From a candidate division WOR-3 bacterium (GTDB lineage Bacteria > Hydrothermota > Tepidihabitantia > Tepidihabitantales > JBDRVQ01), in the NCBI GenBank assembly GCA_039801905.1, contig JBDRVQ010000003.1:203-64202 (forward strand): a stretch of 64,000 bases of DNA, given 5' to 3'. The notes beneath the pieces were generated by a model that was not told the origin of the DNA, made no database searches, and worked only from the letters and a program-made list of their open reading frames with translations. Positions 46,971-57,847 of this stretch are shown here, piece by piece. How positions within the stretch are numbered: position 1 is the first letter of the stretch; the number at the start of each line of letters is the position of its first letter. The position numbers and the translations under genes were made by a program.

Positions 46971-47892
46971 GAAGATAAGGAAAGCGAGTATCACCATTGG
47001 CACATTTGACGGCCTTCATCTGGGTCATCAGGCCATTCTTAATCGGACGAAAGAAGAAGGTAAGAAACTATCTTTGCCGGTTGGTGTTCTAACCTTTGAA
47101 CCACCCCCCTATACCTTTTTTCATAAGGAGTTTCCGTTCCTTCTCACGCCTCTTTCCGAAAAATTATCCCTTCTGGCAGAAATGGGAATGGACTTCGTTT
47201 TGATCATTGATTTTGACGAAAGAATCGCAAACCTCTCTCCGGAGGATTTCTTAAATGAGATAAAGGAAGAGCTCTCCCCCCGGGTTTTAACGGTTGGCTC
47301 CGATTTCCGTTTCGGAAGAGAACGGAAGGGTGACATTAGATTTCTGCAAAGGGTAAGAGAGAAGTGCGGTTTCCAGTTGGTGGTGGTGGAATTGATTAAG
47401 AAGTCAGGGATATTGGTAAAGAGCACGACGATCCGCGAGAAGTTGCTTTTGGGCAATATGAAGTTAGTTAATCTCCTTTTGGGCAGAAGATATGCCCTTT
47501 TCTGCCGAGTCGTTAAGGGTACGGGTCGGGGGAGAGAGATTGGTTTTCCAACCTTAAATCTCCAACCTTTAGAGCCGAACAAACTTTTACCGATTGATGG
47601 GGTTTATGCAGTCTATTTCTATCCGGAGATCTCTTCCCGAAACTTTTATCAAGGGGTTATGAATATCGGAACAAGACCAACCTTTGAAGGAAGAGAGAGA
47701 CAGATTGAGGTTCATCTCATTGGGAAAGAGAAGTTAACTTTCCAACCGCAGGAGGTGAAGGTGGAGATCTGCCAAAGGATTCGTCCGGAGAAGAAGTTTT
47801 CTACCATTGAAGAGTTGAGAGAGGAGATCAAGAAAGATATCCAAAATGCGGAGCGAATTTTAAGAGAAGGAAAAGAAGGGATAAAAATTTGA
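46945..47892 (+). CDS. ribF: Bifunctional riboflavin kinase / FMN adenylyltransferase
   Basis: IGTFDGLHLGHQ, and a C-terminal GFPTLNL...MNIGTRPTF kinase domain. Confidence 0.92.
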   Translation: MRILRTKDEKIRKASITIGTFDGLHLGHQAILNRTKEEGKKLSLPVGVLTFEPPPYTFFHKEFPFLLTPLSEKLSLLAEMGMDFVLIIDFDERIANLSPEDFLNEIKEELSPRVLTVGSDFRFGRERKGDIRFLQRVREKCGFQLVVVELIKKSGILVKSTTIREKLLLGNMKLVNLLLGRRYALFCRVVKGTGRGREIGFPTLNLQPLEPNKLLPIDGVYAVYFYPEISSRNFYQGVMNIGTRPTFEGRERQIEVHLIGKEKLTFQPQEVKVEICQRIRPEKKFSTIEELREEIKKDIQNAERILREGKEGIKI

Positions 47893-47894
47893 TT

Positions 47895-49133
47895 TTATTT
47901 TAAATCTTTAAGCACTTTTAAGAGTTCGGCAATCTCTTCTTCTTCGTTGTAGAAATGGGGCGAGACCCGAATGTAGCCTTCTCTCAGAGAGAGGACAAAG
48001 CCCCTTTCAGTTAAGAAGGCAAAAAGAGATTCACTCGGTATCTCTCTTTTTCGGAAGGCAACGATACCACTCCCCAAACCACGGGGCAAAACTTCAAATC
48101 CCATCTCCTTTAACTGGGTGGTGAGATATTCCGTGAGGGATAACAGATATCTTTCAATATTTTTTATCCCAACTTCGGTTAGGAGTTTAAGGTTTTCTCT
48201 TAAGCCGACGATCCCTAAATAATTCTTTGTCCCTTCTTCGTACCGGGCGGCACTTTTCTTCAATTCCTTAGGGGTGAAGATTTGGTGGAAATCGGACCAG
48301 AGGCAACTGAGCCAACCTAAATGGTTTGGTTTTAATTTAGGTAAAATTTCCTTCTTAATGTAAAAGATTCCTATCCCCTGGGGTGGCAACAACCACTTTC
48401 CGGCACCCGCCGTCAAAAAGTCAATATCCAATTCTTGGAGATTTAAACTCAGAGCCCCTAACCCCTGAATGGCATCAATCAAAAGGTAAGAGCCTTTTTC
48501 CCGGCAGATTTGAGAGATCGCCTTCAGGTCTAAAGAATAACCTGTTAGGAAGTGGACCCAGTCCAGGGAGACGAGTTTTGTCTTGCTATTTATTTCCCGT
48601 GCTAATTGTTCCACCACTTCGCCCTTTAGGATGCGAACAAACTTTTTTTCAACTTGGGGTAAAGAGGAGAGGAAAGGGTAAAGGTTGGCGGGAAAATTGT
48701 CGGCGGCGATAATCACATTCTCATCCGGTTGGAATTCTAAGAGGTTAAGAACCGTGGTAATCCCTTCGCTCGTATTCCGGAGAAAGCAGATCTCTTCTGG
48801 TTGACAGGAGAGCAATTGGGCAACCAACGCTCTGGTCTCTTCTGACAGACGCTCAAAATCCTCCCAGGGAATATTTCCTTCTTCGGTGTAGCGCCCCAAA
48901 AAATCCTCAATCGCCTTCTTTGTTCGCAAAGGCATGGGTGAAGAACCCGCCGCATTGAGATAAATAAATTTCTTTAAGACAGGAAATTCCGCTCGGCAGG
49001 AAAGAAATCTTTCTTCCGGAGACATCTTCCATTTTATATCTTTTCCTATCGGAGTCAATAGTCCGGTGCAAGGTTCTACCAGTTCACCCTGATTGAAATC
49101 CGCGTTAGGCTTCGGTTCATTGCTTATTTTCAA
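47895..49133 (-). CDS. Class V aminotransferase-fold PLP enzyme (cysteine desulfurase/SufS-like)
   Basis: EFPVLKKFIYLNAAGSSP and a TAGAGKWL putative PLP lysine. The more likely true start is MSPEER at 49025. Confidence 0.75.
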   Translation of the reverse strand: MKISNEPKPNADFNQGELVEPCTGLLTPIGKDIKWKMSPEERFLSCRAEFPVLKKFIYLNAAGSSPMPLRTKKAIEDFLGRYTEEGNIPWEDFERLSEETRALVAQLLSCQPEEICFLRNTSEGITTVLNLLEFQPDENVIIAADNFPANLYPFLSSLPQVEKKFVRILKGEVVEQLAREINSKTKLVSLDWVHFLTGYSLDLKAISQICREKGSYLLIDAIQGLGALSLNLQELDIDFLTAGAGKWLLPPQGIGIFYIKKEILPKLKPNHLGWLSCLWSDFHQIFTPKELKKSAARYEEGTKNYLGIVGLRENLKLLTEVGIKNIERYLLSLTEYLTTQLKEMGFEVLPRGLGSGIVAFRKREIPSESLFAFLTERGFVLSLREGYIRVSPHFYNEEEEIAELLKVLKDLK

Positions 49134-49289
49134 GGGTTTACTTTTTCGGACGGCTGACGAATATTTTTAAGATAGAGTTTTCCTACTTTTGGGGTAGTCA
49201 AGATGTCCAAATTTTCAGATGTCTCATCCCAGATACGGGTTTTTGGAGGTTATCCCCCCGACCGTCTGCCCGAGAGCCTTTGGGAAGGG

Positions 49290-49440
49290 TTAAAAAGGGA
49301 AAATTCCGGATAGGGAATATCCCCAAAGGAAGTTCACCACTGACTCCGAAAAAGGGGATGGGAGAAGGGAGAAGAGAAAATTGGGAAAAAGAGAGGGAAA
49401 ACCTTCCGAAAATTCCTTCCCTTCTCCTTTCATCTTAAAT
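49290..49440 (-). repeat. Loosely 12-nt-periodic pyrimidine-rich (minus strand) tract upstream of the aminotransferase gene
   Basis: The minus strand reads ttttccctctct/ttttcccaattt/tctcttctccct/tctcccatcccc..., and the periodicity continues past the stop of the 60-aa ORF. Much less regular than arrays A-D. Confidence 0.3.
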
Positions 49441-49625
49441 TCCCAATTACCTTGCGGAAGACCTACCGTCAAAATTAAAAGTTTTTATTTTCTTTAAAAA
49501 GACCGCAAGAGTTTGCTAAGACTTTTGGCAGCCCATTAGAAGATAATCTCTTTACTTATAAAAAATTTTTGCTAAAATAAAAAACTTAAAGAAGCCGGTC
49601 TCAGCCGGTGGTATTTGGAGGAGAA

Positions 49626-50009
49626 ATGAAACTTAATTTTAAGCCGGGCGATATTGTGCGCGTTCATACGAAATACCGAGAAATAGAAAGAGATAAGGAA
49701 AAGGGGAAGGAGGAGGTCAGGGAAAGGACGCAAGTCTTTGAAGGAGTTGTTTTAAAGATTAAAGGGGAAGGTGAATCTAAGACCTTTACTGTGCGGCGGG
49801 TCTCCCGAGGGATTGGGATTGAGAGGATCTTTTTCCTTTCCTCCCCCCTTCTTTTGAAAGTGGAGGTGAAGAAAAGAGGAAAGGTGCGACGGGCAAAGCT
49901 CTATTACTTACGAGAGAAGAAGGGAAAGGCGGGAAAGATAAAAAGCGAAGAGGTCGTTCTTTCCCAGCCCGCAGAAGTTAAGGGAGAAGGTGAAAAGAAA
50001 GAAGGGTAA
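49626..50009 (+). CDS. rplS: 50S ribosomal protein L19 with a K/E-rich C-terminal extension
   Basis: [10 protein letters not shown]...R.Q.FEGVV...GIGIERIF... Start at MKLNF, 5 nt after GGAGGAG. Confidence 0.9.
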   Translation: MKLNFKPGDIVRVHTKYREIERDKEKGKEEVRERTQVFEGVVLKIKGEGESKTFTVRRVSRGIGIERIFFLSSPLLLKVEVKKRGKVRRAKLYYLREKKGKAGKIKSEEVVLSQPAEVKGEGEKKEG

Positions 50010-50571
50010 ATTGCTGGCCGGGGTTGATGAAGTCGGGAGAGGACCGCTGGCGGGTCCGGTGGTTGCCTGCGCCTTGATCTTAAAGCCGAAGGCAAGAATA
50101 AGAGGGGTGAAAGATTCTAAAAAACTCTCCGCCCGAGAGCGGGCGCGACTTTATCCCATCATTAAAAAGAATGCCTTAGCAATTGGGATCGGTAAGGTGA
50201 GTGAGAAGTTAATTGACCGACTGAATATCAGAGAGGCAACCCTTTTGGCGATGAAAAGAGCGCTCTCAAAACTTAAAATAAGACCCGATTTGGTGATTGT
50301 GGATGGTGATTCCTGCCCCAAGATGGATTTGCCAATTTTCCCTTTCCCCAAGGCGGATGAGAATGTCCTCCCTTGTGCCTGTGCCAGTATCATCGCTAAA
50401 GTAGAAAGGGATAGAATAATGGAGCGCTACGATAAAGTCTATCCGGAATACCAATTTGCTCGCCATAAAGGATACCCAACCAAGAAGCATAAAGAGATGC
50501 TCAAACGCTACGGACCATCGCCCATTCACCGCTTAACCTTTGCTCCGGTGAGGGAGGCGATGCGGAGATGA
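49990..50571 (+). CDS. rnhB: Ribonuclease HII
   Basis: [15 protein letters not shown] and DSKKLS motifs. Confidence 0.92.
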   Translation: MKRKKGKLLAGVDEVGRGPLAGPVVACALILKPKARIRGVKDSKKLSARERARLYPIIKKNALAIGIGKVSEKLIDRLNIREATLLAMKRALSKLKIRPDLVIVDGDSCPKMDLPIFPFPKADENVLPCACASIIAKVERDRIMERYDKVYPEYQFARHKGYPTKKHKEMLKRYGPSPIHRLTFAPVREAMRR

Positions 50572-50936
50572 AGATTCCCTTCTTTTTCCGGAAGGCGCTT
50601 TCCAAAAGAGGAGAGGGAAAGAAGGGGGAGGAGAGGGCAAAGAAGTTTTTGGAAGATAGGGGATACAAAATCCTTTTCCAAAATTACCGAACGCGCTGCG
50701 GCGAGATTGACTTAATCTGTGAAGAAGGGGAGACGCTCGTCTTTGTAGAGGTAAGGCAGAAAAGAGGGGGTAAGTTTGGAACACCAATTGAGAGTATTGA
50801 CCAGAGAAAGATAGAAAAGATTAAGAAGACAGCGGAGATTTTCCTTTCGGAAAAAGGGATTTTTAATAGGGAGATAAGATTTGACTTCTTGGCGATTAGT
50901 GGGAAAAAGATAGAGTTGATTACCGATGCTTTCTAA
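50568..50936 (+). CDS. yraN: YraN-family (UPF0102) endonuclease
   Basis: GE.AE..A..FL...GY.IL..N.R...GEIDLI...LVFVEV pattern. Confidence 0.85.
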   Translation: MKIPFFFRKALSKRGEGKKGEERAKKFLEDRGYKILFQNYRTRCGEIDLICEEGETLVFVEVRQKRGGKFGTPIESIDQRKIEKIKKTAEIFLSEKGIFNREIRFDFLAISGKKIELITDAF

Positions 50937-52467
50937 GGTTTTTTCTGCTGGGATTTTGGGGATTGATGCCTACCAAGTGGAGGTGGAGACCGATCTGGCG
51001 ATGGGCATTCCTTCCTTTACCATCGTTGGTCTCCCAGATCCCGCGGTGAAGGAATCCCAACATCGGGTAACGACCGCCATTCGGAATTCGGGTTTCCCTT
51101 TCCCTTTAAGGAAAATTACGGTCAATTTAGCGCCCGCGGACATTAAAAAAGAAGGGGCTTCTTTTGACTTACCAATCGCCTGTGGTATCCTCTCCGCCTT
51201 TAATATCATCCGAGGAACTTCCCTTTCCAATTTTCTTTTGGCGGGGGAATTGGCTCTAGATGGTCGGCTCCGACCAATCCGGGGCGCAATCTGTCTTGCC
51301 ACTCTCTGCCGGGAGAAGGAATTTCAAGGTTTTATCCTGCCTAAGGATAATGCCCGAGAAGCGGCATTAGCTACAAACCTTCCAGTATTTCCTGCGGAGA
51401 ATTTGCAGCAGGTTGTTCTTTTCTTAAATGGAGAGGAGACGATGGAACCAATTAGGGTTGAGAAAGAAAAGATTTTTGAGGAGGCGCAGGATTATTATGT
51501 TGACTTTTCCGATGTGAAAGGGCAAGAGCATGCGAAGAGGGCGTTGGAGATAGCCGCGGCAGGTGGTCATAATGTTTTGATGTTAGGACCACCCGGGACC
51601 GGAAAGACGATGCTCGCCCGGAGGATGCCAACCATCTTGCCTCCTTTGGAATGGGAAGAGGCATTGGAGACGACAAAGATCTATTCGGTTCATGGCAGTT
51701 TAGAACCGGGTCAGGCGATTGTTGCTACCCGACCCTTCCGCTCTCCCCATCATACCTCTTCTGAGGCGGGAATGATTGGCGGTGGTGTCTTTCCTAAACC
51801 GGGGGAGGTATCATTAGCCCATAACGGGGTGCTCTTTTTAGACGAATTGCCGGAGTTCCACCGGGATGTCTTAGAGTCTTTGAGGCAACCCTTAGAGGAT
51901 GGTTTCGTAGTCATCGGCCGAGCGAAGATGAGCATCACCTATCCGGCCCGTTTTCTCCTCTTGGCTTCTATGAATCCCTGTCCCTGTGGTTATTTTTCTG
52001 ACCCGCTGCGGGAATGCACCTGCACCCCTTATCAGATCGCCCGCTATCGCAAAAAGATTTCCGGTCCTCTTTTAGACCGATTTGATATCCATATCCAGGT
52101 TCCTTCCTTGAAGTTTGAAGAGATTGTGAAAAAGGAATCCGGAGAGTCTTCCGCCTCCATTCGGGAAAGGGTGATTAAAGCCAGGAAGAGACAGGTTGAG
52201 CGGTTTCAAAAGCTAAGAAGGAAGAAAAGAATTTTTGCCAATTCCCAGATGGAGACAAACGAGATAAGACGTTTCTGCCCAGTGGGCAGGGAATCGGAGA
52301 ATCTATTAAGGAACGCCATTGAGAAGTTTGGCCTTTCCGCCCGGGCATACGACCGGATCTTAAAAGTTGCCCGGACGATTGCCGATTTGGCGGAGGAGGA
52401 AGAGATAAAACCAATTCACATTGCGGAGGCGATACAGTATCGGAGTTTTGATCGGTCTAATTGGTAA
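50926..52467 (+). CDS. YifB/ComM-family Mg-chelatase-like AAA+ protein
   Basis: Lon-protease-like N-terminal domain, GPPGTGKTMLA Walker A, and a conserved C-terminal helical domain. Confidence 0.9.
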   Translation: MLSKVFSAGILGIDAYQVEVETDLAMGIPSFTIVGLPDPAVKESQHRVTTAIRNSGFPFPLRKITVNLAPADIKKEGASFDLPIACGILSAFNIIRGTSLSNFLLAGELALDGRLRPIRGAICLATLCREKEFQGFILPKDNAREAALATNLPVFPAENLQQVVLFLNGEETMEPIRVEKEKIFEEAQDYYVDFSDVKGQEHAKRALEIAAAGGHNVLMLGPPGTGKTMLARRMPTILPPLEWEEALETTKIYSVHGSLEPGQAIVATRPFRSPHHTSSEAGMIGGGVFPKPGEVSLAHNGVLFLDELPEFHRDVLESLRQPLEDGFVVIGRAKMSITYPARFLLLASMNPCPCGYFSDPLRECTCTPYQIARYRKKISGPLLDRFDIHIQVPSLKFEEIVKKESGESSASIRERVIKARKRQVERFQKLRRKKRIFANSQMETNEIRRFCPVGRESENLLRNAIEKFGLSARAYDRILKVARTIADLAEEEEIKPIHIAEAIQYRSFDRSNW

Positions 52468-52637
52468 GTTATTTTTCAAACTAAACTCCAAATCTTAAAA
52501 AGATTGTTTTAATCTGTTAAATTGCTTTAAGTTATTGAAAATGAGAAACTTAAAACATTTTTTTCTTCTCCTTGGGTGATTATTGTTAATGTTTGGGTCA
52601 CTAATCAGTTTGATCCCGTCTGCTGAAAATGCGAACT

Positions 52638-52665
52638 TGACTTTATCTTTTCTCCGATTATAATA
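52638..52665 (+). promoter_or_regulatory. Sigma70-type promoter for rimP-nusA-infB
   Basis: TTGACT (52638-52643), 16-nt spacer, TATAAT (52660-52665), 15 nt before the rimP ATG. Confidence 0.65.
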
Positions 52666-52680
52666 TCCTATATAGATTCT

Positions 52681-53157
52681 ATGCTAAATGAGAAGATTAA
52701 AGAGATAATTGATGAAGTCTGTCAAACCTTTGGGCTCTTGCTTTACGATTTAGAGTACGATATGAAGACATTAAGGGTCTATATTGATACTTTAGATAAA
52801 AAGGATACCGTGACGATCGAGACCTGTGCCCGCTTCTCCGAAGCCCTCTCTTTAAGATTGGACCTTTTAGACTTAATTGACCATCCTTATACCTTGGAAG
52901 TCTCCTCCCCGGGCGTGGAGAGAAAATTGAAGGAGCCGTGGCATTTTAAGGCGGTTTTAGGGAGACGGGTCCAGATTATCTTCTCCCGGGAAGGGAAGAC
53001 AGAGTTCCTGGTTGGTGAACTGCTGACGGCGGATGAGGAGAAGATTGGGGTATTGGACGAGAGGAATCGGAAATTGGAGATAAAATACTCGGATATTAAG
53101 ACTGCCCAATTAAAGGTTTCCTCAAAGGAGTTATTCCAGGGGAGAGAAGATGAGTAA
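52681..53157 (+). CDS. rimP: Ribosome maturation factor RimP
   Basis: LEVSSPGVERKL motif and position upstream of nusA. Confidence 0.88.
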   Translation: MLNEKIKEIIDEVCQTFGLLLYDLEYDMKTLRVYIDTLDKKDTVTIETCARFSEALSLRLDLLDLIDHPYTLEVSSPGVERKLKEPWHFKAVLGRRVQIIFSREGKTEFLVGELLTADEEKIGVLDERNRKLEIKYSDIKTAQLKVSSKELFQGREDE

Positions 53158-54397
53158 GGAAATTGCCACTATGTTAGCTCAATTAGCTCGGGTAAGGAAT
53201 GTGGATATTGTTTACGTGGTGGAAACCCTCCGTTCGGCGCTCATCTCTGGGTTGAGGAGAAAATTTGGAGAGAAGGTGGAGCCGGAGGTGGAGATTAATC
53301 CCGAGACTGGGGAGATGAGAATCTTTTTAAGAAAAGTTGTCACCGAGACCGTTTCTGACCCTTTTACCGAAATCTCTTTAGAAGAAGCCCAGAAAATTTT
53401 CCCCGAAGCGAAGTTGGGTGAGATGGTAAAAGTGGAGTTGCCCACTTCCGAAATTAGCCGTTCCGTAGTGATGTGGGCGAATGACGAATTGACCCGACGC
53501 CTTCGGGAGGCGGAGAAGGTAAAATTATTTAAGGAATATCAAGATAAACTGAAAAAGATCGTAACCGGGACGATTCATAAGATAACGGAGAAGGAGATCA
53601 TCGTCAATTTGGGGGTGGTGGAGGGGATCCTTCTACCTAAAGACCAACTAAAAAACGATAGTTATCGGCAGGGGCAACCGATAAAGGCTTATGTCTACAA
53701 AGTGGAGAAGACCCCGGTGGGCCCAAAGATTTATTTGTCAAGAAGTCATCCGGACTTTTTACGTCGGCTCTTAGAGAAAGAGGTGCCGGAGATTAAAAGC
53801 GGGGTAGTTAAGATTCAAGGGATTGTCCGGGGTGACGGGCGGGCAAAGGTGGCGGTTGTATCTACGGATGATAAGATTGATCCGGTTGGTGCCTGTGTCG
53901 GTTTTCGCCGGCAGAGGATAGAAAATATCGTTAAGGAACTCTCGGGGGAAAAGGTTGACATCATCCACTGGTCGCGTGACCCTAAGATCTTTATCAGCCG
54001 GGCTTTAGGACCGGCTAAGGTGATAGATGTGTTTAAGGAGGAGGACTCTTGGACGGTCATCTGTTCCGACAAAGACTTTCCAATCGCCATCGGTAAATCC
54101 GGGCAGAATGTTCATCTCGCTAGTAAATTGGTTGGGGCAAAGATTACCGTGATCCGAGAATCGGATTATAAGAATCGGCTCATTATGGAAAAGGCGAAAA
54201 AGTTTCCCCTTCGGGAATTTCCCATCCCGAAAAATATCTTAGACCGGCTTTTAGAGGTGCAAGTCCTAACTGCCTTTGATTTACTCTCACCACTCGTGGA
54301 AGATTTGGCTCAGAGGACGGGTTTGGAGGTAGAATCGTTGGAAGCCCTGAGAAAAGAAGTGAGGGAAAGATTGGCGGAAGAAGTAGGTTCTGAATAG
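53150..54397 (+). CDS. nusA: Transcription termination/antitermination factor NusA
   Basis: S1 and tandem KH domains (DPVGACVG..., IAIGKSGQNVHLASKL). Confidence 0.93.
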   Translation: MSKEIATMLAQLARVRNVDIVYVVETLRSALISGLRRKFGEKVEPEVEINPETGEMRIFLRKVVTETVSDPFTEISLEEAQKIFPEAKLGEMVKVELPTSEISRSVVMWANDELTRRLREAEKVKLFKEYQDKLKKIVTGTIHKITEKEIIVNLGVVEGILLPKDQLKNDSYRQGQPIKAYVYKVEKTPVGPKIYLSRSHPDFLRRLLEKEVPEIKSGVVKIQGIVRGDGRAKVAVVSTDDKIDPVGACVGFRRQRIENIVKELSGEKVDIIHWSRDPKIFISRALGPAKVIDVFKEEDSWTVICSDKDFPIAIGKSGQNVHLASKLVGAKITVIRESDYKNRLIMEKAKKFPLREFPIPKNILDRLLEVQVLTAFDLLSPLVEDLAQRTGLEVESLEALRKEVRERLAEEVGSE

Positions 54398-54398
54398 T

Positions 54399-56471
54399 AT
54401 GGCTGGGATTAGGGTAAGAGATGCGGCAAAAAAACTTTCCCTCTCCTGTAAAGCCTTAGTGGCGATGTTGAGGGAGATGGGCTTCCCTGACCGGGGATAT
54501 AGCGCCTATCTCAATTTTGAAGAGTACCGAAAATTAAAGGAGAAGATTCGGGAAGAAAAGGAGAAGGCAAAGGAGGCTCTCCGTTTCAAAGGGGGGAGGA
54601 AACCTTTTAATCAACAAAAGGTTTTAGATGAGAAGGTTGTTCAAGAGAGAGTGCGGAAGACTTTAGTCTTTTCGGAAAGGGGAGAGACGGTAAAGAAAAA
54701 GCGCCGGGAGAGGAGAGAGGAGGAGAGGCAGGGGAAGAAGGTCATTAAAATAACTAATTATATGACGGTATCAGAATTGGCTGCTGCCTTTGAAAAATTA
54801 CCCTCGGAGATAATTAAAAAATGTTTAGAGGCGGGGATTGTGGTCACAATTAATCAGCGTTTAGATTTAGATACCGCCCTTTATCTGGCGGAGGAATTTG
54901 GGATTGATGTGGAAGTGGAGGAAGTGGAAGAGGTCTTGCCGCCGCCGGTTGGGGAAAAGAGGAGAAGACCGCCGGTGGTGGTAGTAATTGGCCATGTGGA
55001 CCACGGTAAGACTACCCTCTTAGACTATATTAAAAAGACTAAGGTGGCGGAAAAAGAAGCGGGGAGGATTACCCAGAATGTTGGTGCCTACGTGGTCAAT
55101 TTCCGAGAAGGGAAGATCACCTTTTTAGACACGCCGGGTCATGAGGCATTCACGGCGATGCGCGCTCGGGGAGTTCAGGTTACAGACATTGCGGTTCTTG
55201 TGGTGGCGGCGGATGAAGGGGTGATGCCACAAACCAAAGAGGCGATTGACCACGCCCGGGCTGCGCGGGTGCCGATTATCTGTGCGATAACCAAAATTGA
55301 TAAACCGCAAGCCAATCCCCACTGGGTAAAGAGCCAGTTGGCAGAATACGGGGTAAGGGTGGAAGGTTACGGAGGAGATACAATTTGTGTTGAGACTTCC
55401 GCTTACACTGGTCAAGGGATTGATGACCTATTAGCGGCAATCAATTTGGTAGCCGATTCCTTAAACCTTTCTGCGGTTTACGATACCGAAGCCCGAGGGG
55501 TGGTGCTGGATAGCCGGTTAGAAAAGGGGAGGGGCTGGGTGGCAACGGTTCTAATTCAAGAAGGAACCTTAAAGAAGGGAGACTTCTTCGTCTGTGGTGA
55601 ACTTTACGGCCGGGTACGGGAACTTCTAACCGAAAACTTTGAGAAGGTGCCGGAGGTAACACCGGGTCTACCGATCCAAATTTTAGGATTTCCTGGAGAA
55701 CCGAAGGGCGGGGAACGTTTCTTAGTAGTGAAAGATGAATGGCAGGCGAGGGAGATTGCCCAAAAGAAGGCTCTGGCAAAAAGGGATTCTCTCTTAAAAC
55801 TCCAGAGACGGCTCACCTTAGAGTTAATCCAGGATAAGATAAAGACCGGGGAGGTGAAGGAGTTACCTTTAATCTTAAAGGGTGGTGCCTCAGGACCGGT
55901 GGAGGCGTTGCGGGATGCCTTAGAAAATCTCTCCTTGAAGGATGTCCGGGTGAAAATTATCCATTCTTCTGCGGGTCCGATAACAAAGTCGGATGTCCTC
56001 TTAGCCGAAGCCTCGGAGGCGATTATCATCGGTTACAATACAGAACCTCTTCCGGAAGCCCGAATCTATGCCGAGCAGCAGGGGATTGAAATCAGGACTT
56101 ATGAGGTGATCCATGCCGCAATTGACGATGTCCGAGCGGCGATGCTTGGACTTTTAGAACCAGAGACGAAAGAGGTTCTTCTCGGTAAGGCAAGGGTGAA
56201 AAAACTATTTAACATCCCAAAAGTTGGCCTGGTGGCTGGTTGCCTAGTGGAAGAAGGGAAGGTGGAGAAAGGTGCTCTGGTACGCCTCTTCCGGGGAGGG
56301 AAGGAGATTTTTAAGGGGGAGATCGCTTCCCTAAAACACTTTAAGGAAGATGTCTCAGTAGTGGAGGCTGGACAGGAGTGTGGTATTTTAATTAAGGATG
56401 TGGATGACATTTTGGAGGATGATATCTTAGAAGTTTACCGCGAGGAGAAATTAGGACCAGAGAATAGGTAA
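54399..56471 (+). CDS. infB: Translation initiation factor IF-2
   Basis: [20 protein letters not shown] and TKID GTPase motifs. Confidence 0.95.
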   Translation: MAGIRVRDAAKKLSLSCKALVAMLREMGFPDRGYSAYLNFEEYRKLKEKIREEKEKAKEALRFKGGRKPFNQQKVLDEKVVQERVRKTLVFSERGETVKKKRRERREEERQGKKVIKITNYMTVSELAAAFEKLPSEIIKKCLEAGIVVTINQRLDLDTALYLAEEFGIDVEVEEVEEVLPPPVGEKRRRPPVVVVIGHVDHGKTTLLDYIKKTKVAEKEAGRITQNVGAYVVNFREGKITFLDTPGHEAFTAMRARGVQVTDIAVLVVAADEGVMPQTKEAIDHARAARVPIICAITKIDKPQANPHWVKSQLAEYGVRVEGYGGDTICVETSAYTGQGIDDLLAAINLVADSLNLSAVYDTEARGVVLDSRLEKGRGWVATVLIQEGTLKKGDFFVCGELYGRVRELLTENFEKVPEVTPGLPIQILGFPGEPKGGERFLVVKDEWQAREIAQKKALAKRDSLLKLQRRLTLELIQDKIKTGEVKELPLILKGGASGPVEALRDALENLSLKDVRVKIIHSSAGPITKSDVLLAEASEAIIIGYNTEPLPEARIYAEQQGIEIRTYEVIHAAIDDVRAAMLGLLEPETKEVLLGKARVKKLFNIPKVGLVAGCLVEEGKVEKGALVRLFRGGKEIFKGEIASLKHFKEDVSVVEAGQECGILIKDVDDILEDDILEVYREEKLGPENR

Positions 56472-56473
56472 TT

Positions 56474-56779
56474 ATGTTCATCGGGATGCTTTTGATTGAC
56501 TGCCTTTTAGGTAATGGCCACTCCCTCAAGGAGAAGCGACGCTATCTTATGCGTCTTTCCCAAAGGATAAAGAATAATTTTAATGTGGCGATTGGTGAGG
56601 TGGGGGGAGAAAATCTTTGGCAGAGGTCTTCCCTCTTAATTTTAACTATGAATACCTCTCAGAATGTTTTAAGAAAGAATTTAGAGAGGATCATCCAAAT
56701 GATGGAAAGGGAACCTTATTTCCAACTCCTCTCCTACGAAATTAAAGATTTAAGTATTAATCATTTCTTAAACAGATGA
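56474..56779 (+). CDS. DUF503 (YlxP-like) protein
   Basis: SLKEKR...V.EV......WQRS pattern and conserved position after infB. Confidence 0.75.
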   Translation: MFIGMLLIDCLLGNGHSLKEKRRYLMRLSQRIKNNFNVAIGEVGGENLWQRSSLLILTMNTSQNVLRKNLERIIQMMEREPYFQLLSYEIKDLSINHFLNR

Positions 56780-57174
56780 TTTACCGGATTGAGATCCAAA
56801 CTCACCACCGAAACGAACTTTTAGACATTACCGATAAGGTGAGTGAGGTAATTAAAAAGAGCAACGTTAAAAGCGGCACGGCAATTATTTTTGTGCCCCA
56901 TACAACAGCGGCTATTACCCTAAATGAGAATTACGACCCGAGTGTGGTTCGGGATATTACCGATAACTTATCCCGGCTCTTCCCAAAAAGTGGTCATTAT
57001 GCCCATACCGAAGGTAATGCGGATGCCCATATCAAATCCGCTCTTATTGGGGCTAGTCAAGTGGTCTTCTTTGAAAATGGCCAAATCTTATTTGGCACCT
57101 GGCAGGGAATTTTTTTCTGTGAGTTTGATGGTCCGAGACGGCGGGAAGTTTTTGTCAAAATTATTTCTGATTAG
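56776..57174 (+). CDS. YjbQ/UPF0047 family protein (secondary thiamine-phosphate synthase-like)
   Basis: VPHTTAAITLNEN...D...HTEGNADAHIKSALIG. Confidence 0.85.
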   Translation: MIYRIEIQTHHRNELLDITDKVSEVIKKSNVKSGTAIIFVPHTTAAITLNENYDPSVVRDITDNLSRLFPKSGHYAHTEGNADAHIKSALIGASQVVFFENGQILFGTWQGIFFCEFDGPRRREVFVKIISD

Positions 57175-57847
57175 CCACCTTCCGATAAATTAAGAGAAGA
57201 ATCTTATCTTGGAAAAGATAGAAGAGGGCAACGAGTAGGAAGAGGAGGCAACCAAAAACGAGCCACTCCCAAACTGTGAAAGAGAGGGCTTTTGCTCCCA
57301 AATAGGAGGAAAAGATTATTCCGGGCGAACGAGCAATCAAAACAGCCGGTAGAAAAAAGGAAAAAGGAAGGTCGGTTAAACCGTAGAGATAATAGAGAAG
57401 GTCGCCGAGCGGATTGGGGATTAAAAAGAGGAGAAAAAAGAGAAAAGGTCCGAACTCTTTTATTTTTTGATCAAACCTTTTTAATCTCTCTCCTCTGATA
57501 AAGAATTTCAGGACCTTTCTCCCCAAGTGTCGGCTCAAAAGGAAGGCGATTAGGGAACCGGATAGAACACCGAGTATGGAGAAGAGACTACCCATTCCCA
57601 CCCCAAAGATATAACCGCCAGCGAAATTCAATACATTACCCGGAATGATGGGGAAGAGAATTTGTAAAATTTGGCTGAGAAAAAAGAGGAAGGGAGAGAG
57701 AATGGGGAATTGGCGAACCCTCTCGCGGATGGAGAGGAGAGCGGAAAGTTCAATTTTTTGTGTCCCGCGGAAAGAGAGATAGAGGAGCAAGAAGATTAAA
57801 AGGAAAAGAGAAATGAGGAAAATTATCTTTCGGCTAATGAGTCCCAA
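57161..57847 (-). CDS. TVP38/TMEM64 (DedA-related) membrane protein
   Basis: Polytopic membrane protein with the PGNVLNFAGGYIFG motif. Confidence 0.7.
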   Translation of the reverse strand: MGLISRKIIFLISLFLLIFLLLYLSFRGTQKIELSALLSIRERVRQFPILSPFLFFLSQILQILFPIIPGNVLNFAGGYIFGVGMGSLFSILGVLSGSLIAFLLSRHLGRKVLKFFIRGERLKRFDQKIKEFGPFLFFLLFLIPNPLGDLLYYLYGLTDLPFSFFLPAVLIARSPGIIFSSYLGAKALSFTVWEWLVFGCLLFLLVALFYLFQDKILLLIYRKVANQK

